A DNA stretch of 57,401 nucleotides, counting the filler, from Dugesia japonica (taxonomy: Eukaryota): NCBI GenBank assembly GCA_001938525.1. It is 4 parts of 4 records of this genome, joined end to end, with 100 filler letters (N's around TTAATTAATTAA, not from the genome) between each part and the next. Parts side by side here need not be neighbours in the genome. Positions count along the whole stretch, not along the records: positions 38,700 to 57,401 come from MQRL01602301.1; 3 more parts are not named here. One strand, written 5' to 3'. The notes under the pieces were generated by a model that made no database searches, was not told where the DNA came from, and saw only the letters and a program-made list of their open reading frames with translations. A program made the translations under genes and the position numbers. Positions 49,500 to 57,401 of this stretch are shown here, piece by piece; position 1 is the first letter of the stretch; each line of letters opens with the position of its first letter.

Positions 49500-52400
49500 G
49501 AGTCAAAATAAAGGAAAATAGAAAGACAAAAGGAAACAAAAAGAAATATCAATTATCCAGACGATATGATTAATTTGGATGAGTATATTCGAGGTTCAAG
49601 ACACAAATTTCCAATTCACAAAAAACAATGATATCAGATGCAAGAAGTAAACCGGCAGCAAACAAACCAATGATCCAAGGCAAAGTAGAACAAAAGTTTT
49701 TTAAAGATTTTGGAGCAGAGTTCAGCATCATGGATTTCAAACTATTTCAAATGATCAGAGAAAAAGAAAAAATCAAGCTGTTTCGATCAAACAAGACGTT
49801 AACATGTGCAAAAGGCGTACCGATTAAGGTAATTGGATATTCTTTTATAAATGCAACTATAGGGGAAAAACTAATAGAATTAGAATGAATATTGTAGATA
49901 AATTGTTCCCAAAAGTTATAATAGGAATAAGAGATATAAAAAAGATGAACATTTCGATCTTATCAAAACTAAACTGTGTAACTGTAGATGAAATAAAAGT
50001 AACTTTCATCCAAAATAAGAGAGCTAACAAATACTAAAGAGCACAGTATCCGAGGGTTTAGATAAAAGTGCAAGAAGTGTGACTTGGCTCAAATGTGTAC
50101 AGTAAGAGTTATATTAGACAATGCAGTTACAATTTTGAGAAAAGAAGAAGTAACTGTTTTATTGAGTGTAGATAGCGATTTTTTATTTGAAGGAAGTGTT
50201 TTTTAGTACTTTTAAAGATAAGTTAGCGAATAAATGGGTTGTATCTGCGAATAGTGTGTCTTATGTTAGAGGAACTGGTAAAATTCCAGTAAGAATAATT
50301 AACTTAAAAAATACAGATATTACAATGTTTAGAAATACAAGATTAGGTTATATTAAGATTGTAGATGATACAGAAGATAATATTGGAAATATTAATAGAA
50401 TATATCAAGATACTGGATGGGACATATTGAATGAATAATGGACACAATTATGAACAGACATTCAGCTGATATCGATAAAAAATGCAAAGAATACTGTTTT
50501 GAAGATTATAACAGAATTTAAAGATATATTTAGTAAACATAATTATGATATCGGACATTGTCCACTTTTTAAACCAAGAATAAATGTCATTGATCCTAAA
50601 CATATTTCTCAACCATTACAAAGACCTTCCTTTCATCTAGAAAGTAAAATCGACGAGACGATCAAAGAGCTTGAACAAAACGGAATAATACGCGAGAGTT
50701 CAAGTCCGTGGTCTTCACTTATTTTGGGTGTTCAAAAGAAATCTTGAGACATCAAGTTATGTATAGACTATAGAAAATTAAACTCAGTTACTAGTAGATC
50801 TATACATCCTTTTTCAGATAACCAACAGTCGTTCGATTCACTTGCTGGATCAAGATTCTTTAATGCACTTGATTTATCTTGTGGTTATTACAATGTAGAA
50901 ATAAGTGACAAAGACAGAGGAAAAACAGCTTTTGCTACACAAAAGGATCAGTACCAATTTAATCGCATGTCTTTTGAACTGTGTGGAGCATCAGCAACTT
51001 TTCAAAGATTAATGCATTTAGTTTTCAGAGAAGAAAATTTTGATAAATTCTTAATATATCTCGAAAGGTTAAGTGCAGTAAAGAATTGGAGTATTCTTAA
51101 TACAAGTGAAGAATTATCAAGTTTTCTAGGGTTTTGCAATTATTATAGAAGATTTATTTCGAGATATGCCAGAATTGTTAAACCTCTAGAAGATTTGTTA
51201 AGAGATGCAAACATCACGAAAAACGGGAAAAGGTAGATTTANCATGGGAAGAATTTCATAAGGAATCTTTCGAAAGTCTGAAACATGCTCTCACAAGCGC
51301 ATAAGTTTTATCATTTACAAATAGAAATTATATTTTTGTATTTAATCCAGATCCTAGTCACTTTGCAATGGGAGTAGTTTCAAGTCAAGTTCAAGATAAC
51401 TAAGAAAATTAATATGCTATGGATCTAAGACGTTTTCGAAAGCAGAAAAAATGTATTGTATAACCAAGAAAGAACTCTTGGCAGTTTATTACTTTGTGAA
51501 GAAATACATGCATTATTTATTNNNNNNNNNNNNNNNNNNNNNNNNNNNNNNNNNNNNNNNNNNNNNNNNNNNNNNNNNNNNNNNNNNNNNNNNNNNNNNN
51601 NNNNNNNNNNNNNNNNNNNNNNNNNNNNNNNNNNNNNNNNNNNNNNNNNNNNNNNNNNNNNNNNNNNNNNNNNNNNTAGATGCTCTTTCCAGAGAATTGC
51701 AATGCGAACAATGTAAAAAAAACATATCGACCCAAAAGCTAGACAAAATTTCAAAGTGTCAAAGTCCAACAAAAGCGATTAGGATGATGAAGGTTATTGA
51801 CAAATTAATGAATTATAAGATACCCATAAAATTCCAATGAAAAAAAAATTAATGACGTTTTAAATGACGTTTTTTAAGTCATCCAAACGATAAACAAACT
51901 TTGACTAATATTAAAAGATATCATGAATGGATAAACATGGAAAAGGAAACGGAGAAATTTGTGGCAAATTGTATGCCGTGTGCTGAGAAAAAGCAGTTAA
52001 ATAAAATTGGTTACAATATAAAGAACTCTTTTACAGAGACAGAACCATTTGAAATGATATGTTGCGATATAACGGGATCGCTACCAAATTCCGAGAGATA
52101 TTCATATATTTTAGGAATCATCGATNTTTTTTCTAGATATTTAGCGTTAATAGCAGTGAAGAATATTTATGCAAATACAGTTACCGAAATTATATTTGAA
52201 AGATGGATAGCGTACTTTGAGATTCTGAAGATAATTCATTCTGATAACGAAACACAATTTAAATCGTAAATAATGAAGAAATTTTGTAATAAATTACAAA
52301 TAAAGCATTCCTTTTCAGCACCATATTATCATCAGAGTAATGAGCTTATAGATCGTGTATTTAGAACAGTCAAAGACAAACTATATGCATCTTGTAAGTC

Positions 52401-53260
52401 ACATAACCAATCGTGGGTTAAAACAATTCGTTTTGTTGAACTAATCAAATAACAAAAAATTTGAGGTCTCTCCTTATTAAATTCTATTTGGAAAAAAAGA
52501 TGGATTTGAAAGCAGATATTTGGACTGCAAATGTAGAAATTGACAAGATGGATTTTCAGAATAACTTTAAAAAAAACAAAGGTGGAGAATTACAGAAAAG
52601 AGAAAACCGATTTTTAAAGAAAATAAAGCAGAAAATAAGAACACTACGTTAAAGNNNNNNNNNNNNNNNNNNNNNNNNNNNNNNNNNNNNNNNNNNNNNN
52701 NNNNNNNNNNTACAGGACCGTGGATGGTAAGCAAGTTTCTTAGTAATTATAATTAAGAATTAGATGATGGAATCAAAGTAATTCGTCAAAATCTTCACCA
52801 TGTAAAACGATTCAATAAGAATTCAGTAATAAAAAAGAAACAGTTGAAGAATCAATCATTAGTGCCACATATATGAAAGCTAACAACATTGATGTAAAAA
52901 ATTTTCTTATAGACAACTCAGAACAATGCAAAAGGAGATATTCAACGAGAGAGAGGAAGCCAAATCCCAAATATATGATCAACTCTTAAAAGAAAGGGGA
53001 TTTTGATAAGTGTTTTAATAATATTAATTAAATTGTGTACATTTTAAATAAAGTTTAGTAAACCCAACCATGAAACTCAATTGCGCATCAATCGCCAAAA
53101 ATTTTACTCATTTACTGTACACTTTATTTATTTGTCGTCTCAGCTCTTTGTTGAATTTCATTCAAATTGCATTTCAACTTCATCGTAAGTTTACTTACCC
53201 TACTCTATCTTTTAGACAAAAATCATACTCCATACCATTTTATGGAATTAAAAATTAAAT
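49500..53260 (+). mobile_element. Decayed Ty3/gypsy pol (PR-RT-RH-IN), PPT and probable 3' LTR
   Basis: KDFGAEFS, SSSPWSS, LCIDYRKLN, FLGFCNYYRRFI, YCITKKELLAV and IHSDNETQF; PPT AAAAGAAAGGGGA ending at 53000. Confidence 0.9.
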
Positions 53261-53334
53261 TAAATTAAATCAACAAAAAATTAATAAAGGCAGTTAATGT
53301 AAATAAAACATTATTATTTTTTATTATTCTAACC

Positions 53335-53736
53335 CATGGGTGGCCAACACGAGGTCCGTGGGCTACATACAGCCCGCCTTGAACATTTTTCCGGCCCGCA
53401 AAATAAATTAAATTAACAGAAAAATCATAAAACCTTTAGGTAAAAATTTATTGAATTTATTTTTGAAAATTTTAACAGTTAAAGTAAATTCCTAGTGTTA
53501 TATATTTCTTTACAATGTGCGTTTAATATCATTATTATTATATTAGCTGTTTATATGTAAGAATAATAGTAAGGATAATAATAATAATAACTCATTAGTT
53601 TAGACTTTTTTTACTCCATAAAAAATGTTTATAGTGGGTCTAAATCTGNTATGTGGTTATAATTTTATATGCGACCCACGGAGTTATATTGCATTTTTAA
53701 AGTGGCCCTTAAGATCATTTTGGTTGGCCACCCATG
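53335..53736. mobile_element. Non-autonomous hAT (Charlie-like) MITE
   Basis: Perfect 14-bp TIR CATGGGTGGCCAAC / GTTGGCCACCCATG with subterminal GGCCCGC motifs. The 8-bp TSD is not cleanly preserved. Confidence 0.85.
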
Positions 53737-54054
53737 TTAGAATCTAACCATTGATCTGTAAATTTAAAATAACTTAATTCTAGATAAAAAAAAATTTATT
53801 TAAAATTTTTTAAAACCAAAGATAAAAATTTTTGTTCTTCTATTTTCATAGATTGTTCAATTATTCGACTATACCTACTTCATTAAATCCATAATTTCAT
53901 TTAATTTAAGCAAAAATTTAAATTCCGCGTGATTCCGTAACTCTTACATAATTGTTCTCTAATATTATATTGATTACGTCTTCGATAAACATTGATATCG
54001 TAATAAACTATATAAATTTCTGAAACAATACGTTACTCATACGTAATCGACTAA

Positions 54055-55030
54055 GTGCAATCTGATTGGCTGGCGAGTAGTGTCATTGTTCCAGTGTGCT
54101 CTTATCCATCTACTAAAGTCATGATAAAAACGTACCACTATAAATTCAAAGCTTTTTCAGAAACAAGGTGTAGTGGAATAATTCAAGCTGTATGCCTAAG
54201 TGCCAAGCATTCTCCTGGAATATTTGATGTATTAAACATTTTACACGGTATAATCGCTTCAAAATTAACTTCTTCAGCAACTCTGAACACTGCTAGAGTT
54301 CTGAAGACATATTTCAGTTATTCTAAAGGTTATTTGACAGTAGTATTTTGGCACAAAGTGTTAATAAGTATTAAAAATCTAAGCATGATAATATCACTCG
54401 ATGAAAAAATCGCACTTATTAAAAATTTACTTCAAGAGATGCAGCATTTGTGTAACTCTTGAGAAAATATTTATTAAGAGACAAAATTAATTGGTGAAAT
54501 GATAGTAATGCAATCTCATTTTTCTAAAACTAGAAGGAAAATTACGGTGCCTGAAAAACATTTTAGAGTGTCTTTAATTCTCCAGTGTTAGACTTTTTAA
54601 TGACCATTATAAAGACAAGATTGGAAGAAGCAGTTACGATCTTTGAATTATTTTGTTTAATTTTCAATTTTCAAAAAATGAATAACTATCAAATCATTGA
54701 AGCGACAATAAAGTTTATTAGATAATTTATTCAGAAAACATATTTTCTCACTAAAAAATCTCCTATCAAGTTGATAAATATGATTTATGAAAACCAATTG
54801 CAAAGACGTATTTTTTAATATCTGTCATGCCAACAGAATATTTTGTATAATACCCTGTAATGTTTCGGTTGAACGATCGTTTTGTTGGCTGGTAAATTCA
54901 TTGAAAATTTGTCAAAAATGTTCAATAACCCAAGAACGACTAAATAATTTTTCTCTTTCATGTATTGAAAATGATTAAAGAAAAATAATAAATTTTACTA
55001 AAGTCATTGAAATGTTTGCTACTTTAAAAG
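54055..55030 (+). pseudogene. hAT transposase remnant
   Basis: KAFSETRCS (decayed TRW), FWHKVL and the dimerisation domain IPCNVSVERSF...TQERLNNFSLSCIEND. Confidence 0.85.
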
Positions 55031-55834
55031 CATGAAGGTCTAATTGAAGTTAATTGTAATGTATTTTGTATATTTTATGTATGCAATTATATATAGTTAT
55101 GAAGATTGTATTAAGCTTTCATGTATCATGCATATTTCACTTAATTTTAATTTCAAATATAATATTTTTCTGTATTGAATTATATGAATTTGTTTTTCAA
55201 AAATATTTTTTTCATTATAATACTACTGTCTAACTATTTATTTAATAATATAGTAATAAAATAAAAAAACATAAATGAAAAAGTTATTTTGAAAATATTT
55301 GGGAGGCCAGATAAAGGTACCAGTATCTGGATTTGGTATTTGAAGTAAGGGTCATGGTTACAGTCGTAGTCCGAAACAAAGGACTGCTTTCAAACACTAT
55401 TTGAACTTATTAATTGACACTGTGAATGAGACTAATCATGAGGCGGTTCATTAAATTGTAGATTTTTATTTTGTTTGAATCAACTAAATTCAAAGTTAAC
55501 AAATAATCTACCTACATTCAAACAGATGTATAGATTTCATTGTTACCTAATTTTTATCGTATGTAGAAATTACTTTTTCTTTAAGGCTTTTTCTTTGTTT
55601 ATTATTTAAGAAATAGTTACTAAAATCTGGTATTTATTTGTTTGTTTAAATATATAATAAAATTATATCAACGAATTCTTGTGAGAATCGCAACATTAAA
55701 CTTATTTGGAACGAGAAATGATTTCAAATGTTTTTTTTATTATGTTTGAAATAGAATTTATAATATTAACATTAAAGACAAAAGTATAATTTACTTCATT
55801 TAAAATATTCTAAAGTAATACCAGGTTTATTTAT

Positions 55835-56146
55835 TTAAAATTCATCTCTAATATAAGTATGAGCATATTTTGTTTCCTTTTCCGTATTGCAGCCATTATT
55901 ATTACAACAAACTATTTCACCTCCCATTCCAAGATCTATGAGATTTTCTTTACCATCAAAAGCTTTATAAACTCTATCTGTAAGAATCATTTCTTCATCG
56001 TGTATTTTGTTATTCAAAAACCCAATAACTTCAGGTGCAAAATTGCATTCTTCTAATTTGTTGAGGTCGCATGTTTGTATAGGACAATTTGGTGTACAGC
56101 CTCGCAATAAATATCTCATTTTCATAGAGCTGTTGTCCGATTTAAC
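55835..56146 (-). CDS. Last exon of a Ly6/uPAR (three-finger, LU) domain-like host gene
   Basis: Acceptor ATTTAG|GTT at 56146 is in frame. RGCTPNC...C...C...CCNNNGCN signature, with AATAAA right after the stop. Confidence 0.6.
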   Translation of the reverse strand, partial: VKSDNSSMKMRYLLRGCTPNCPIQTCDLNKLEECNFAPEVIGFLNNKIHDEEMILTDRVYKAFDGKENLIDLGMGGEIVCCNNNGCNTEKETKYAHTYIRDEF

Positions 56147-57049
56147 CTAAATTATAAATTATATTGATATTAAAATTACTTTCTAAAAATGGTGAAAGCT
56201 TAAAATTTTATTTTCTTCTGTTAATTTCATTTAGGAATAACACTTAATATTTAAATATTTATACGAAAAAATCAAGAGAATATAAATTATTTTTTCATTT
56301 TCATACAAAACATAAATATCGAAAATATTTTTATTTTATTTTATTATTTATCTTTAAGCAATCAATTTTTTAAATAGATATGTTTAATCTTTACTTCAAA
56401 GGATATCAAATCTTTTCAACACGAGAACAATATTGCACCAAGATGGGAATCACTAAAAATTAAGTCCATATAGGCAACTCAAAGTAGAAATGAAAAAAAA
56501 TGAAAGTAAAAACCAGAATTAGAAATTATGTTATGGCAAACATACTAAAGAAATCCTCAGTCATAAGAAGTCTGAGTAAAAAGAAAATAGTGGTACCCTG
56601 ATATCAAATTTTAAACATATTAAAAAGTTAAATAAATAGCTTTTAAAAGTCAGAAACGTCATACCTTGTCGTTTTTCTACAAAAGATTAATTTTTACATT
56701 ACTTGCCGTAATTTTTAATATGTAAAAATAAGGAAAATGTTTAAAATATATAAAATCTTTAATAGAGTGCTCGATTAGTTAATAGACTGTATTGATAAAA
56801 TTTTAAAAATCATTTTACAAATACAAACATATTTAATTTTCAAAATATAATCTCTTATGGAGTACTATTTGTCATCTTTCACTCAATTCTAAAACTCAGC
56901 GATGATAAAATGCGGCTTTTTTAAATGCGAAATATTCCAGAACACTAATTTCAACCCGCTGAATTTTCTTGAACTGCCGGCCTCGCAAGAAATTAGTCAC
57001 AGATCTAAACAAATAATAATCAGAACAATGAAATGTATCTTTGTATTAT

Positions 57050-57401
57050 GGAAGCANAGTATGGACGCAGTACAACGGATGAAGAGAGAGTACAGAGAAC
57101 ATTAAAAATATTGATTAACAAGCCAAATGAGAATTTAGCGAAAGTTATAATGATTCATAAAGGAATATTCATGGCAGACAACTGGGATATCGGCAGAACA
57201 ACAATGGCAGAACATCAAATAATCACAAATGGAGAACCAATAAATACAAACCCATGGAGACAACCAATGCATTTAGAGAATAAGATAAATGAAGCTATCA
57301 AGAATTTGTTTAACAATGGCATTATTAGGAATTTTAATTCTCAATGGAGCATTTTGTTAATATGTGTTTGGAAAAAAGAAAGGAAAGACGTTAGATTATG
57401 T
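57050..57401 (+). mobile_element. Ty3/gypsy pol fragment (start of RT), runs off the window
   Basis: WDIGRTTMAEHQIITNGEPINTNPWRQPMHLE...GIIRNFNSQWS...KKERKDVRLC. Confidence 0.85.

Noticed and set aside
49172-49552. ORFs made mostly of X (also 47395-47577, 51425-51772)
   Set aside because: Artefacts of reading through N runs.

Overview
AT-rich, repeat-dominated eukaryotic scaffold, probably from an invertebrate. The ~49-nt intron, (AAT)n microsatellites and transposon mix resemble a free-living flatworm, but that is inference. Contigs are joined by three artificial N44-TTAATTAATTAA-N44 linkers. Only two host genes are supportable: a two-exon EEF1AKMT4-like methyltransferase (4680-5466,+) and the last exon of a Ly6/uPAR-type gene (55835-56146,-). 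The rest is decayed mobile DNA. Polinton/Maverick (adintovirus-like) remnants include a packaging ATPase, a ZnF-PLA2-integrase fusion, a major capsid protein and two protein-primed PolB copies, one inside a 5.6-kb short-TIR element. There are also at least six Ty3/gypsy remnants, two RLE-type non-LTR fragments, Tigger, Tc1 and hAT remnants, and MITEs. The most unusual signals are: (1) four diverged copies of a cassette of small coiled-coil ORFs, each followed by AATAAA, three linked to a shared LTR-type terminus and two lying antisense upstream of gypsy gag/pol, which suggests a gypsy lineage with multi-kb, accessory-gene-carrying terminal regions; (2) minimal type-I hammerhead ribozyme motifs in a tandem/dispersed repeat; (3) the phospholipase-integrase fusion. 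All alignments were done by eye and boundaries of decayed elements are approximate.
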